Shown piece after piece: positions 1 through 14,827 of a stretch of DNA of 64,000 bases. Made by a program: the position numbers and the translations under genes. The stretch is from Eledone cirrhosa. Lineage: Eukaryota. The DNA lies in NCBI GenBank assembly GCA_964016885.1, contig OZ024750.1, forward strand, positions 4,526,001-4,590,000, written 5' to 3'. Under the pieces are notes generated by a model. The model was not told where the DNA came from and ran no database searches. It saw only the letters and a program-made list of their open reading frames with translations. Positions within the stretch are counted from its first letter, which is position 1. Each line of letters begins with the position of its first letter.

Positions 1-485
1 GTAGTAGTAGTAGTTGTTGTTGTTGTTATTGTTTCAATTCTCTTTTTTTTTTCTTTTTGTTAGTTTTGTTGGTAGGAGACCAGCAATTGTTTCTGGTCAT
101 CTTAGTGCTGACAGATAAAAAAAAACGGCACGAGTACATCTCAGTAACATTTCTTTATATATATATATATCTTTCTTTACAATTTTATCTCTCTTTGTTT
201 CCCAGTCTCTTTTGACTCTTTCTCATATCTCTCTCTCTCTCTCTCACTCTTCTCTTGCATTATAAAGGAGTAAAAAATGTATAATAATCTTCAACCTTAA
301 TCTCTTTTAGATTTAGCGCACCCTGCACCTCCCACCTCACCCCTACCACTCCAGTGTCTCCCATTCATAAAATACTTTCTGGAAACCGTCCCATCCTCAC
401 TTAAAGGAGAGAGTCTCTATGTGATCACTGAAACTACTATAAATAGCAAGCAAATCTACCTAAGATAACATGGAAATATGCCTAT

Positions 486-537
<52 letters not shown>

Positions 538-646
538 AGTATATGTTAGTTGTATATCAACACCTCAGTATGCAGGTTGGTTTGGTTACTCCGGAGTAAT
601 GCAAAATAAAATAAAATAAATAAGTCAAATGTTTAAAATTTATCTT

Positions 647-699
647 CTGCTATATATATTTCGGTGACAGCCATCTTTGGCTGTGACCTCTTCAGGCAG
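647..699 (-). ncRNA. Type I hammerhead ribozyme, intact core (in a Penelope-like pLTR remnant ~531-766)
   Basis: Minus strand reads CUGC-CUGAAGA-GGUCACAGCCA(aaga)UGGCUGUCACC-GAAA-UAUAUA-UA|GCAG. Stem I is CUGC/GCAG, stem II is 11 bp with one C-C mismatch, stem III is palindromic AUAUAUAU, and the cleavage triplet is AUA. The island abuts an (AT)n tract. Confidence 0.85.
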
Positions 700-766
700 T
701 CCGAATTAGTGTGGTATAGACAAGTACATATGTTGTTGTCTATACAACATATGTCTATACAACATA

Positions 767-909
767 TTACTGGTACTTTATTTTATCGACCCCGTAAGGA
801 TGAAAGACAAAGTTAACCTCGGCGGGATTTGAACTCAGATCATAAAGGGCCGTAACTCTATGCGGCAAAGCATGGCGTCCGACCCTCTACTGATACTGCC
901 AATCCACCG
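767..909 (-). mobile_element. tRNA-derived SINE, family A (Meta-like core)
   Basis: Matches the window-wide repeat ggcggtggattggcagtatcggtagagggtcggac...gagttcaaatcccgccgaggttaactttgcctttcatccttacggggtcgataaaataaagtaccag, with A/B-box-like motifs. Confidence 0.85.
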
Positions 910-1036
910 ACATTCAGCTATATATATCAAATACATTTCAACGATCATCGTTATATCTTAATTCAGGCATAATATATCAAAGACTACACAAATTAATGTG
1001 ACCTTCCTTTTTTTTTTTTACATGGTAGGTGATTAT

Positions 1037-1140
1037 TTGAATCCCGCCGAGGTTAACTTTGCTTACGGGGTCGATAAAATAAAGTACCAGTAATACACTG
1101 AGTAATTTGCTGGCCTTGTGCCAAAAGTAGAAACAATTAT
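1037..1140 (+). mobile_element. SINE family A, 5'-truncated
   Basis: Contains the core ggggtcgataaaataaagtaccag and the tail ggccttgtgccaaaagtagaaacaattatt. Confidence 0.8.
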
Positions 1141-1658
1141 TTGAAAGAGGTTTGCTTGGCTTCTATTTCTAGCAGATTATATGACCACACAGTGAAGGCC
1201 TCTATGGCTTTAAGTGATGACTCCTTTAACGGACGTTGGTACTGTTGAATTATCTACACTACCCCACCACAACCCTCCAAGAAAACGCCATCATATCTTT
1301 ATACCAGGACTGATACTTCATTAACATACTTGTGAGTATCTTGGGTGTGAAAATCTTGATGCCAGAATAAGTGACAATATACATTTGTTTATTTATTTAA
1401 TTAGAAAGTATTTATTCCCGGAGTTTGATCACACTCGTCTCACAAACCCTATTGACTTAACTACCTGTCACAATTACCTGCTGACCGCCCTTCTCCACCA
1501 TCACACACACTATCTCAGTCTCTCTCTTTCTCTCTCTTTCTCGCAGACTTTCTATTTGTCACTTTCATTTTTTCATTTTTTATCCTGCATCTCCTCTCAA
1601 CTTCCCCCTCTCTCTCATTTCTCTCAGGTTTTGTATTAAACTCTCATTTTTCTCTACC

Positions 1659-1662
<4 letters not shown>

Positions 1663-1748
<86 letters not shown>
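1663..1748. repeat. (CT)n microsatellite
   Basis: Seen directly in the sequence. Confidence 0.95.
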
Positions 1749-3459
1749 ACAAGCTTTGTATTTGTCCCTCATTTCTCCAGCACCACCACTCTCCTCTCTC
1801 TCTTTCTGTCTCCCCCTTTTCTCTCCTCTCTCTCCTTCACTCTCTCTCTCCCCCCTCTCTCTCTCTCACGATCTATTCCGCTGTTTGTAGACCCTTCAAA
1901 AAGCAGCATGTGCAATCTTTTTTCTTCTTTTTCTCCTTAATACAGTAGTACGCCCGCCTCAGAACAACATCTGCAAGTGTTTCCACTAATCACAAAATCC
2001 AGTTTGGTGAAATCTAAAACCCACTCGCTCGTCATTACCTCACACATCATTCTCTTTATAGAGTTTATTTACACGCGCTAAGGTCACTGCTCCTCATTAA
2101 ACGAAGTAACAAACAAACAAAATAAAAACAACAACAAAAAAAACGCACCAGATAAAAACAAAGTTTTCAAAGAAGAATACAACGAAAGAAATAAAAAAAA
2201 AAAACAAAAAAAAACACAGATGTTATTGTAGCAAATAATCTGCTATAGTATTTGCAGTGTAGATCTGAGAGATGTGCAGTCTCTGGTAATATCTGTGAAC
2301 GTTGCTGTGAGGTCTTGTGTTGGAGCTGTATGATCGACCGTATTCTTGTTCTATGGAGACACTACAGAACATGACTTGACTTCGTAAATACTCATAAAAA
2401 CATTACCCAAATACAGAATAGCGAAAGTTAAGAGGTCTAATAGATTTAGGTGACAAATTTAATGTAGTATATATATATTGCATTTATAAAATGGCTGACA
2501 AAAGGGGAAGAAAAATCGAAGACAAAAACAAGTTTCCATTTTTTTTTTTCTTTTGTATTTTTCTTCGCGAAATCTTTTTTGATGACACCAAAACCATTCC
2601 GAAGAGACATAACTATTATAACTTTTCAATTATTTTTTCTTCGATTAATTTCTCATTTCCTTGTTGCTCGAGTTTAACAACAACATATCTATGGTATGGA
2701 TAGAGGAACACTGAAAGTTAAATATAATTTCCTTACAAAACGAGTCCGCCAACCGACCAGCCTCGTTTCCAATTTGGAGCCATGTTAGGTATATCATTTT
2801 GGAAATGGAGAAAAGTCACGAATTTCCGATGACACCTATTCCAAAATATTTTATTTTTCTGGATTATATTGTAAATATTATTTGAAATTGTAAAAATTTA
2901 CAAGTTTTATGTTTGTTATTTGTAATTTAATTTATTTATTGTTATCTTAATTATAATTTTTTTTAATAAAGCCACCGCCGTTTATAAGGATTTTTTTTCC
3001 TTAGTGCAAAGACAGAGCAAAAATTGGTTTTCGACCTTCGCTTCGTTCTGAAATGCAAAGAACTTTGCCAACTTGAAGTCAAGTACGCAATGCTTTCTTT
3101 TTAAACAGCAGCTGTGTAAATAGTTATGAACCATAGATATACACGTTAGCTTGGTGTGTGAAAGAGATGCTTAAAACCGCCACACACTCTTGTATCACAT
3201 ATACACACTCTCACTGTTTATTACTAAATTTCCTGCAATTATATTTTGCTAATTAACCAACTTGATAACACTTTCCTACTTAAATCCCCTAACATCGTGC
3301 GAATAAGTAAGAACAAAAAATGCATATAGGTCAACATATACACAGCTTTGTATATACACAGCAGCATGTATATTAGAATTCCTTATTGATATATGTTACT
3401 CTGTTTGTGTGTTCATATATTCATTGCTTCTGATCCTGAGCAAAGACTGCATAGCTAGA

Positions 3460-3680
3460 AATAATGGTTTCTTATATAGGCACTGGGCCAGTAATTTGGG
3501 AGGAGAGGGAAAGTCAATTAAATCGACCCTAGTATGTTACTGGTGCTTTATTTTATCGACACCATAAGGATGAAAGGCAAAGTTAAACTCGGTGGGATTC
3601 GAACTCAGATCATAAAGGTCCATAAGCCTATGCTACAGAGCATGCCGTTTGATGCTCTACCGATATTGACAATCCACTGC
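3460..3680 (-). mobile_element. SINE family A, near full length
   Basis: Reverse complement of the head, core and tail. Confidence 0.8.
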
Positions 3681-3739
3681 CCTTGTATAACTAGAAATAA
3701 TATGAATGAATTTCTCTTCATAGATTTCCTCATAATGTA

Positions 3740-3886
3740 CAGTCGCCTTATACGGTTGCATTTCACGCTCGCCTTATACGGCCGCGTTTCACAGTCGCCT
3801 TCTACGGTCGCATTTCACAGTTGCCTTATACGGTCGCATTTTACAGTCGCCTTATGCAGTCGCATTTCACAGTCGCCTTATACGGT
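3740..3886. repeat. 26-bp minisatellite (cagtcgccttatacggtcgcatttca), about 5.5 copies
   Basis: Tandem units visible directly. Confidence 0.9.
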
Positions 3887-4420
3887 TTCTATTGACATGC
3901 TTAGGTCGGTTATGAATTCATAAGACAGTATTGGGACTTGATTTGTTCTAGTTCTTCACAACACAGTATTGACAATTATTGACAATATACAGTGGGTAGA
4001 GGGGTGAGGGACTTTACGTGGTATTTTTCACGAAATTACGTTTCGTATCATTTTCTTATCATGGCGGATTGCGTTTTGTTTTCTAATTTTCTTTTTTATA
4101 AATACTTTATATATAATTTGTGTAATATATTCCATATTCTCTTTCCTTTTCACAGCTTCTATTTTGTCTTTCGTACTTATTGCCCTTTTTTGTAAATATA
4201 TCTTTTGTTTTGTTTTTATTTTCTTGAAATCTGGGTTAATTTGCTCTTAATCTCCATTAGATAAATTCTATACTTTTTGCAGTCGTTCTTTTATAACTTT
4301 CCAATTATAAGACATACTCTGTCTCCTTGTTTTCCTTGTAAATATAGTTTTTTTTAATGTTTTTTTGCTAGTACACACTAAATAGTCTGATATACATATA
4401 TATGCATTTAGATATATATG

Positions 4421-4462
<42 letters not shown>

Positions 4463-4513
4463 TACATACATATATTCATACATACATATATATGTACATG
4501 CATATATATATAT

Positions 4514-4552
<39 letters not shown>

Positions 4553-5057
4553 TACATACATATATTCATACATACATATATATGTACATGCATATATATA
4601 TATACACATATATATGTATATATATATATATATATATATACATATATACACTTAAATGCATATATATATATATATATATATTACTTTGCTTTTCAATCTA
4701 TTCTTATTAAATCACCTTCACTTTTCCAAGTGAGTGAATTCTAATTGTGACTTTCCAGAACAACTAGATAAAGCTGTTGTCCCTTCCTAGCTATGTGTCA
4801 ATAGTAATGTCTCTATATGTCCCTCGTATCTCTAGTATTTCTTACTGACAACTTTCAACGTGTGGAGGTTTGAGTCAAGAATGGATTTTCTTTCAGAGTT
4901 AAAATGGCTGCTTCCAATTTGAATAATCACGTTTTGACTGGAGCAGGGCTTTTTTTGTTTGATAAGCTGTTTGTATTTCTTTTACTATGCATCTTTTCTA
5001 TGATAATCTCACATTCTTAGTATAACAGCCATGAGCTTGGCTGGTCTCATCACCACT

Positions 5058-5088
<31 letters not shown>

Positions 5089-5519
5089 CTATCATCATCA
5101 TCATCATTATCATCATCATCATTGTTACCACAACTGTAGAGTTATTACCAATATATGTGTCTACGTCTGTTTTCCTCCATAACTTTGTCTTTCATCCATC
5201 CTTACGTGGTCGACAAAATAAAGTACCAGTAATGCACTGGGTAATTGCTGGCCTTGTGTCAAAAAGTAGAAACAACTATTACCAACAATTGTAGAGTTAT
5301 TACCAATCTATTTGTCTGTTGTCCTCCATATCTGTTCACTATTATTAATGTTCGGTTCACTGACCAAAACATCATGTGAGGTGGTCAAAGGTAAATTTTT
5401 TTTTTGGGGTGTTGGGGCTGGTTTGTTTGTAATTGGGAACAGATTGAGATGTGTTCGTTGGTTCTGTCTGTTTGGGCATAGTGATGTGTGTATGTGCTGC
5501 TAGGTAAATTGGGTTATAT

Positions 5520-6255
<736 letters not shown>

Positions 6256-6333
6256 TACACATACAAAGATATATCAATAGATATGCAGGCAAAACTTCAG
6301 AGTAGCGATACAGTGAATATGTATGTACATACA

Positions 6334-6378
<45 letters not shown>

Positions 6379-6388
6379 ATGTGTTTAT

Positions 6389-6540
6389 CCCGGGTTCAAT
6401 CGGGGGTAACCACAGTAAGGTACTCAATACATAGCAGAGTATAAATATTTAATATAGAAATGGCTTCTAGAGGACTAGAACTTTCCTGGTGATTTCTCCC
6501 GAATGAAACAGTTCTAGTCCTGTAGAAGCCATTTCTATAT
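6389..6540. mobile_element. HHR-bearing element family H1 (Penelope-like pLTR remnant) with fold-back inversion
   Basis: Homologous to 19861-19995 and 45370-45514. Inverted arms at 6452-6482 and 6510-6540. Flanked by AT/GT repeats. Confidence 0.75.
6482..6528 (+). ncRNA. Type I hammerhead ribozyme, core-mutated (CUGGUGA)
   Basis: Reads UUUC-CUGGUGA-UUUC(uccc)GAAU-GAAA-CAG(uucuaguc)CUGU-A|GAAG, with an A6->G substitution relative to the sister copies. Confidence 0.65.
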
Positions 6541-6591
6541 ATATATATATATATATTTAATTAGAAGGTGAACAACATGAAATATAACTAT

Positions 6592-6657
6592 TCCATTACC
6601 AAAGGTTTCTGGATCCCAGACGATAATAATACACCTCTGGATCGCTCGTCAGACAGA
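6592..6657 (-). ncRNA. Type I hammerhead ribozyme, intact core nucleotides, degenerate stem II base
   Basis: Minus strand reads UCUGU-CUGACGA-GCGAUCCAGA...UCUGGGAUCCA-GAAA-CC(uuu)GG-UA|AUGGA. Stem I has 5 bp with wobbles, the triplet is GUA, and the first two pairs of stem II are mismatched. Confidence 0.65.
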
Positions 6658-6675
6658 GATGTTATTGGAATTACC

Positions 6676-7247
<572 letters not shown>

Positions 7248-8056
7248 GTGTGTGTGTAAAGACTATATACGCAGAGAACGAAATCAAATAAAAAAGAAGA
7301 GAAATAATCCTAAAAAGGAGAATATATATATATATATATATATATACATTACACACACACGCGCACGCGCACGCACACGCACACACACATATATATACAC
7401 ATATATACATATATATATGTATGTATGTATATATTACAATGCAGTTGCATTATCTATCTATTGAATTGTGTAAATAACGTTGGTTAGTTGGATAATGGTA
7501 GGAAACAGATTGAGATATAACGATGTAATGTCTAAGTTGGGTTGGTAGGAAAGAAAGAAAGAAGGAAGGAAGGAAGGAAGGAAAGAACGAAAGAAAGAAG
7601 GAAGGAAGGGTTAACGACTTCTGCAATGCAGCAAGCAAGTCGTAACAATATCATTTGCCAATAGAGATGTTAGCAACGCCAAAAATATGATGATGTTGAT
7701 GTTGTTGTTACTTCTGGCTGTCCAGTTGAATAAAATTATTAGTTGGCCGACCAGTTGAATGGACGACGCATACAACCTGCTAAAAAAGAAAAAAAGAAAA
7801 CAAAACAACACAGAAAAATGGTAAAAAAAAACAAAATTGGCAAAATAATATGGTATAGTTTCCTATGTAATAATATGTAACAGAGATTTAAGGAAAAGAA
7901 AAAATAATGTATTGATGGTGTTACATATAACGATGATTTATACGAGAATTATTTGCGAGCATTCACATGACTGGAGGAGATTTGTTGCATGTGTGCATGT
8001 ATGTATGTGTGTGTGTATTTATGTGTGTGTATGTGTGCGTGTGAGCATGTGTGTAT

Positions 8057-8097
<41 letters not shown>

Positions 8098-8167
8098 AAA
8101 GTGTGTGTAAGTGTGTGCTATACACGCAAACATACATGCATATACATACACAGACACACGCATATAC

Positions 8168-8220
<53 letters not shown>

Positions 8221-8271
8221 TATGTTTGTGTATATACACACAAATGCGCACACACGTATACACGCACAAAC

Positions 8272-8309
<38 letters not shown>

Positions 8310-8751
8310 GTTTGTGTATATACACACAAATGCGCACACACGTATACACACACAAACATATATATATATGTATATATATTGAGTCTAGAGAATAGGATAA
8401 AATGTAGAGGCATGGAATTACCAACGAGATGCCGTTACATACTGCCTAAGAACAAAGGATTTTCTTGCATTGAAATTTATTGGCAGCAGAAATAATTTCA
8501 ATGAACAAATAAAAGCATATTTATTGAAACAAAAGCCTGGCCAAACTATTTATAATTATCAGTCTTCTTAAGCAAACATCAAATTACTTTTGGACAAGGC
8601 GATTACAGATGCTTTTTGCCAAGGACAGAACGAGGAAACCGATCAAAGCTCAGTGTGCACTAGCGTTGTCTTGTATCATGAAGCTGGCAATACATTTTTC
8701 TATAGACGTCGTGGAGGAGACCCCTGATCGTGTTGTGGACAGCATTACTAT

Positions 8752-8940
8752 AATGGTGGATTGGCAGTATCGGTAGAGGGTCGGACGCCTTGCTTTCCAG
8801 CATAGTTACGTCCCTTTACGATCTGAGTTCAAATCCCGCTGAGGTTGACTTTGCCTTTCATCCTTACGGGGTCAATAAAATAAAGTACCATTAATGCACT
8901 GAGTAATTGCTGGCCTTGTGCCTAAAGTAGAAACAATTAC
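8752..8940 (+). mobile_element. SINE family A, full length
   Basis: Head, B-box gagttcaaatcc, core and tail are all present. Confidence 0.85.
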
Positions 8941-9664
8941 TATAAATGACTGTAAACTTTATGCTACTGATGTTGGGAAATAAACATGACTTTCAGGCTA
9001 AATATTGTTTGGGCCATGGACCAAAATCTTTACATGTCCATAAAGAATGTCTTGTAGTAATTGCAATGTGAGAGGGAATTTTGCAAATGTATATCGAAAA
9101 CTAATAGTATTAGAAGTAGCATCTCGTCAAACAGAGAAGAGACATTTTGTAAGTCACTGCACAATCAACGATAGTTAATAAATAAACCGGAATGTGATAA
9201 TGAAATGTCTTCGTTTCGCCAGTATATTGCAGAAAAGCTTGGTATTAAATAATGATTTTAAAAGGTACATTGGTCCGTAACTCCTGATGGAGTTGTAGGG
9301 GCTAGGGCATTTCTTGAGTTCTTCCTTCTCCAGGTCTGAACACAGCCGATTTCTTTCAGAAAAGAATAGAAAGTGAGAGAAAGATGAAGTGAGAAATAAA
9401 TATAGGGAAGAATCTACCCCCCAATATATTTCATTTGTTGCCCTATGGAAGGAAGAAGAGTTTTAAAATCTAAACAAGCATTTTCTCTTTCCCTTTCCCT
9501 CCCTCTCACTTCCTGTCATTTCATAGAAATATAAGGGGGTGGGTATAGTTAAACAGGAAGGTAGTTAGAATCTACTTGAGAAATTATGTACAAACAGACA
9601 AAACTAATGTACTCACAAAAATAATTTATTTCGATTTTTATATAATGATGGACAGACCAGTTGG

Positions 9665-10065
9665 TATGTGTGTGTGTATGCGTATTGTATATGTGTGTGT
9701 GTATGTGTATTTTATATATGTGTGTATGCGTATTGTATATGTGTGCATGTATGTGTATTGTATATATGTGTGTATGCGTATTGTATATGTGTGTGTATGA
9801 GTATTGTATATATGTGTGTATGCGTATTGTATATATGTGTGTATGTATATATGTGTGTATTGTATATATGTGTGTATGCGTATTGTATATGTGTGTGTGT
9901 ATGTGTATTGTATATATGTGTGTATGTGTATTGTATATATGTGTGTATGCGTATTGTATATATGTGTGTATGTATGTGTATTGTATATATGTATGTATGC
10001 GTATTGTATATGTGTGTGCATGCGTATTGTATATGTGTGTGTATGCGTATTGTATATATGTGTGT
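9665..10065. repeat. ~20-24-bp minisatellite (gtatgcgtattgtatatgtgt)
   Basis: Tandem units visible directly. Confidence 0.9.
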
Positions 10066-11644
10066 AGGTGTACGTCTGCAATCACACTACAGTCTTTTAT
10101 TGATGAAATATCTCTGTATTTGGTTGACCAATTTAATGTTGAACCGTTTCCAACTCTCCAATTGTAAGTCTGTTTCATAAAGGATTACGCATTGCATTAC
10201 GTATATTAAAAGTAGAAAGCCTGACCTTTTAACCTCATTTATTGCCATGTTTAGTTGTTCAGGGATTTAATATATAACAAGTGTTAGTGTAAGTTTCTGT
10301 TGTTAGTAAGAGTAAGCAAGTGAATATATATAGAGATAGCATTAATGAGAGTCATATGTATAATTTCTTTGTTAAATTAAGTGGGAGAACGTTTAAAAAG
10401 GATGTATTGGTTCAATCTACTCAGAATAAACATTTATTTTTTTATTTAAATGGTGTAGGTTTAAGTGTAATGATATTAATATATTGCTAGTATCTTTATG
10501 ATATAAAGAGAGAAAGATATGACACAGGGTTAAATATAGTTTATTTAATGTAATATCTATAATTTGTTATTATTGATTTCCTATTAAAGGAAAGTTTTAT
10601 TTCCAATGTTATACATCTATATCTATATAGATTCATTTCAACTATACTAATATTTTATCAGTATATTTAATGTTTTATACGTATACTCATTACAAGATAT
10701 CTCTTTTCCGCCCCTTTAAAGCCTATCGTTTATTTTAATTTGTACTTGCATGTTTTCCCAAATGTTTTTCTATCTTTCTAATTTTATATAATTTACTTGG
10801 AGAAAGACCACATTTCTAATAAAATATACTCTATTTTAGTTAATTAATGAAGAATTTCAAAGGATTTACTAAAATTATTAATTATTTCATTACTAAGATA
10901 GTAACTTAATGTACGGTTCTTAAAGAAAATTATGTTGGAAGATTTTAATTTAAATTGGAAACCTTTTGAAATGGGGTGTTTTATTCCATAGAAGCAGAGC
11001 CGGTTTTGGCCAGGTTGGTAACAAAAGGGTTAATGTAAGGTTCTTATATAAATTATGTTGGAAGATTTTAATTTAAATTGAAAACCTTTAAAATGGGTGG
11101 TTTTGGCCAGGTGGTAACTAAAGAGTTAAACGTCTTAATAAATTTTAAATTATTATAACACAATAGGCATAGAGAAATTAGAGAATTTACAAATACACGA
11201 TAAGATTAGTGTGTCACTAAGTGATTCTCACCCACACATTCTTCACTCTCTCTTTCTCCCCTCCCTCTCAGTCTCTTTCTTTCTCTCTCTCCTCCCTCTC
11301 AGTCTCTTTCTTTCTCTCTCTCTCTCTACCTCTACTTTTCTCTTTCTCTCTCTCTCTCAAATATGGGGAAAACAATCTAACTTTAAACCCTCCACACATA
11401 AAACTACAAATCTAAATCCCTTACACACGCTAACAATGTAAGGCCGCACAGTCTGTAGTTATTTCTCATGGTGATCTCTTCTTGTGTGTAATGACAATAC
11501 CGAAGCTACATCTTAAAGACTACACTCTTTCAGATTCTCATAAAATACTAGAACTCTCATCAGCTGCTCATCAAATACAGAAACTAATTAAGACCAATGA
11601 TATGTGGAACAGTGCTGTTACACACACTCATACACAGACAGTCA

Positions 11645-11706
<62 letters not shown>

Positions 11707-11846
11707 TACATACATACATACATACATACATACATACATACATACACACATACATACACACATACATACATACACACATACATACACACATACATACACA
11801 CATACATACATACATACATACATACATACATACATACATACATACA

Positions 11847-11933
<87 letters not shown>

Positions 11934-11937
<4 letters not shown>

Positions 11938-12034
11938 TGTCCCCAAGAAATGAATGCACAATTTGATTACCTGTACAGGCAATATTTATTAGAATGCTGT
12001 TGAATGAGTGTATACATTTTTAGGGGACACCCTA
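11934..12034. mobile_element. Tc1/mariner-like MITE
   Basis: Terminal inverted repeats (TIRs) ggtgtcccc/ggggacacc with TA flanks. Related copies at 29203-29279 and ~54121-54195. Confidence 0.7.
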
Positions 12035-12504
12035 TATAAGGCTATTTGGTTGATTGGCAAAGACTCGCACTACAACCACTGACTCAATGACGCATTTTTC
12101 TTCTCACTCTCTCTTTTACCGCTACTAGGAAACTGCAAACCTTCCCCTTCCCCTCCCCCATTCTCCTCCTCCTCCTGAACCCCCCTCCTCATGTCACTCC
12201 TATCGTGTCTCACCTCCCAGATGTCTCACTAAACACTTTGTCCACACATTCCGCTACAGATGTGCAGTCCTCTGGAATTTACACTCTACCAAGAATTTAG
12301 TTGTTGTTGTTTTATCTGCGGGCGTCAATCTGTAGTGTCTTCGAAGGCTGACAAAATTAATGGGTGCTGCTGTTACTGATGCTGGTGTTGCTGCTGTTAC
12401 TGATGCTGGTGTTGCTGCTACTGCAGTTGCTGTTCTTCTTTCTATGACTAATGAGTAAAAACAACACATGCGCAATGATAATACACACATATATATATAT
12501 AATA

Positions 12505-12693
12505 TAATTGTTTCTACTTTAGGCACAAGGCCAGCAATTATCCAGTACATTACTGGTACTTTATTTTATCGACCCCGTAAGGATGAAAGGCAAAGTTAAC
12601 CTCGGCGGGATTTGAACTCAGAATAGCAACGGCCGTAACTCTATGCGTCAAAGCATGGCGTCCGAACCTCTACCGATACTGCCAATTCACCGC
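12505..12693 (-). mobile_element. SINE family A, full length
   Basis: Near-identical to the other copies. Confidence 0.85.
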
Positions 12694-12737
12694 CCATCAC
12701 TCACATATATATAATATAATATACGGATAAATATATT

Positions 12738-13230
12738 CGGCGGATTGGCGAAGCCGTTAGAACGTCGAATAGAATTCTTTGCGGTATTACTTTTAATTCT
12801 CTGCTTTCTAAGTTCAAATCCCACCGAGATCAATATTTGCATTTCATCTCCCAATGAGGTGGTTGTGTAGGGGTCACGACAAAAAGCGCCTAGTCCACTC
12901 TGTAAATGTGGTTGGCGCTAGGAAGGGCATCCAGCCATAGAAACAAAGCCAGAACCAGTTATGTATGAGCAAGACACGGTCAACTGAGCTGGCTTGTCTC
13001 ATAACAGGACAACTTGTCTAACCCATGCTAGCATGGAAAAATGGACGTTAAACGATGATGATGATGATGATGATGGAGGAGAATTGGCGAAGCAGTTAGA
13101 ACGTCGGATAGAATTCTTTTGCGGTATTACTTTTAATTCTTTGCTTTCTAAGTTCAAATCCCACCGAGATCAACATTTGCATTTCATCTGTTCAAGGTCG
13201 ATAAAAAAGCACCAATCTAGTACTAGGGTT
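12738..13230 (+). mobile_element. Two SINE A-like heads flanking a SINE family B copy (~12857-13073) with (GAT)n tail
   Basis: The segment gttagaacgtc...cccaccgagatcaa is duplicated. The inner segment ggttggcgctaggaagggcatccagcc...acccatgctagcatggaa...cgttaaacgatgatgat recurs at 52985, 56460 and 57545. Confidence 0.7.
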
Positions 13231-13363
13231 GATTATTTTCTCTGTATCTCGTTCTCAATCCCATCCTCTTACTCTCTATCCTTCCCTGTAAGAAATCTTC
13301 TGTATTCAGATCTAGAATTTACGTTCTACCAAGAATTTTTTTTTTTTCTGCCGGAATCACTCT

Positions 13364-13653
13364 TTAGTGTCTTCAAGGAAACCTGCGCAGTGCACTCTAC
13401 ATGTAAATGGAGTTCCGCTGAAGCAGGTGGAGAAGTTCAATACAAGCGGCCGAAATGGGGTTCCTCCGAAGGGTCTTTGGAGTAACCTTATTCGATAGAG
13501 TGCGTACTCGTAGATCAGAGAGTCACTCCAGGTAGAGCTGCTACTTCTCTGAATTGAGAGATGACAGCTCCGATAGTATGGGCATGTGGTTAGAATGTCT
13601 CAGAAAAGAATCGCTGGACAGATTTTACAGGCAAAACCAGCCGACAAGAGACC
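13364..13653 (+). mobile_element. RTE-clade LINE reverse transcriptase C-terminal relic, internally deleted
   Basis: Hand translation across frameshifts and stops gives LVSSRKPAQCTLHVNGVPLKQVEKF / IQAAEMGFLRRVFGVTLFDRVR / IRESLQVELLLL*IER*QLR*YGHVVRMSQKRIAGQILQAKP, typical of the RTE LINE thumb/C-terminal region. Confidence 0.85.
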
Positions 13654-13924
13654 TTTATGTATATGTTGTACGACGTATAAAAATCGTTATGACATATAAA
13701 TATTGTATGATATATATAAATCATTATGTTGTACCACGTATAAATGTTGATATGACATACTAATGTACTAAATACGAAACTCACTATGACAAATAAATGT
13801 TTGTATGATATATAACACTCAATAGGGCATAGAATTGTATGACATAGAACAAGTGGTCAGTATAACAAATGTTTATACGATATATAAATATTATACGACA
13901 TACAAATACTGTACTTCGCTTTTC

Positions 13925-14242
13925 GCTTCGGCCCCTCTCGGTCACGAATGACCATGGTTTTGCACCTAGACTGAGCAAGGTTTGTTTTGTGAAAGACCAG
14001 CAATCGCCCATGCATACAAGCCTCCCCTCTCCACGCCACCGATGTTGTCCAAGGGAAAGGCTATGGCCGACACAGCTTGGCACCAGTGACGTTGCAACTC
14101 ATTTCTTCAGCTGAGTAAACTGGAGCAACGTGAAATAAAGTATCTTGCTCAAGGAGACAACGCATCACCCGGTCCGAGAATCGAAAGCACAACCTCTCAA
14201 TTGCAAGCCCAATGCTCTAACCACTAAGCCATGCGCCTTCAC
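13925..14242 (-). mobile_element. tRNA-derived SINE family C
   Basis: Minus-strand tRNA-like head ggcgcatggcttagtggttagagc, then ccttgagcaagatactttatttcacgttgctccagtttactcagctg. Related copies at 14295-14516, 21500-21595, 56635-57050 and 57730-57835. Confidence 0.8.
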
Positions 14243-14774
14243 ATAAATACCGTACTACATATATGATAACAATTATACTACATGGGGTAAGGATAAAACC
14301 CCGCATTCGGTGACGAGTGACCATGGGATTTACACTTAGAAAATTCCACTCCAATAGACAAGTCCGGGCAAGGTTTGTTTGTGGAAGACCAGCCAGAAGT
14401 CACCCATGCATCTCAGTCTCCCGCCCCCCACATCACCGATGTTGTCCAGGGGAAGGGAAAAGGCGATGGTCGATACATCTTGGCACCATGACATCGCAAA
14501 CCCACATTTCTACAGCTTAAATATAGAGTAAAATATTGTAACTATATTGTTAGTATTTGACTCATCACATCCAAAGGAATCTTAGCTACAAGAACGCTGA
14601 TACTGAAGACCAATTGATATAATTAACAAGTTGTTGTTCCGGTATTTATTATTATTTTGTTTGTTTGTTTATTTTACTTGTTTGTTTTACATTCCGTCAC
14701 AAAGCAGACGACAACGAAAGGAATTTTTACAACCCCTCCCCACCGCTACCGCCCGAGTGACTTTTGTGAGCCAG

Positions 14775-14827
14775 TAAATCAATAATGAATTCTTTCTTGC
14801 TTGGAGATTTGACGTTGCTAAGGAAAC
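14775..14827. promoter_or_regulatory. Candidate cis-regulatory element with RFX X-box
   Basis: GTTGCTAAGGAAAC (14814-14827) closely resembles the RFX X-box consensus. GTAAATCAATA lies nearby, in non-repetitive sequence. Confidence 0.35.

Noticed and set aside
10080-10790. AT-rich unique region possibly derived from a Penelope-like element
   Set aside because: Too degenerate: neither the ribozyme core nor a peptide motif can be supported by eye.
11510-11570. Minus-strand CUGAUGA...GAAA with partial stems II and III
   Set aside because: No stem I complementarity, so compatible with chance.
14150-14242. tRNA gene-like sequences (also 33815, 34408, 50090)
   Set aside because: They are SINE heads or captured fragments without a complete cloverleaf.
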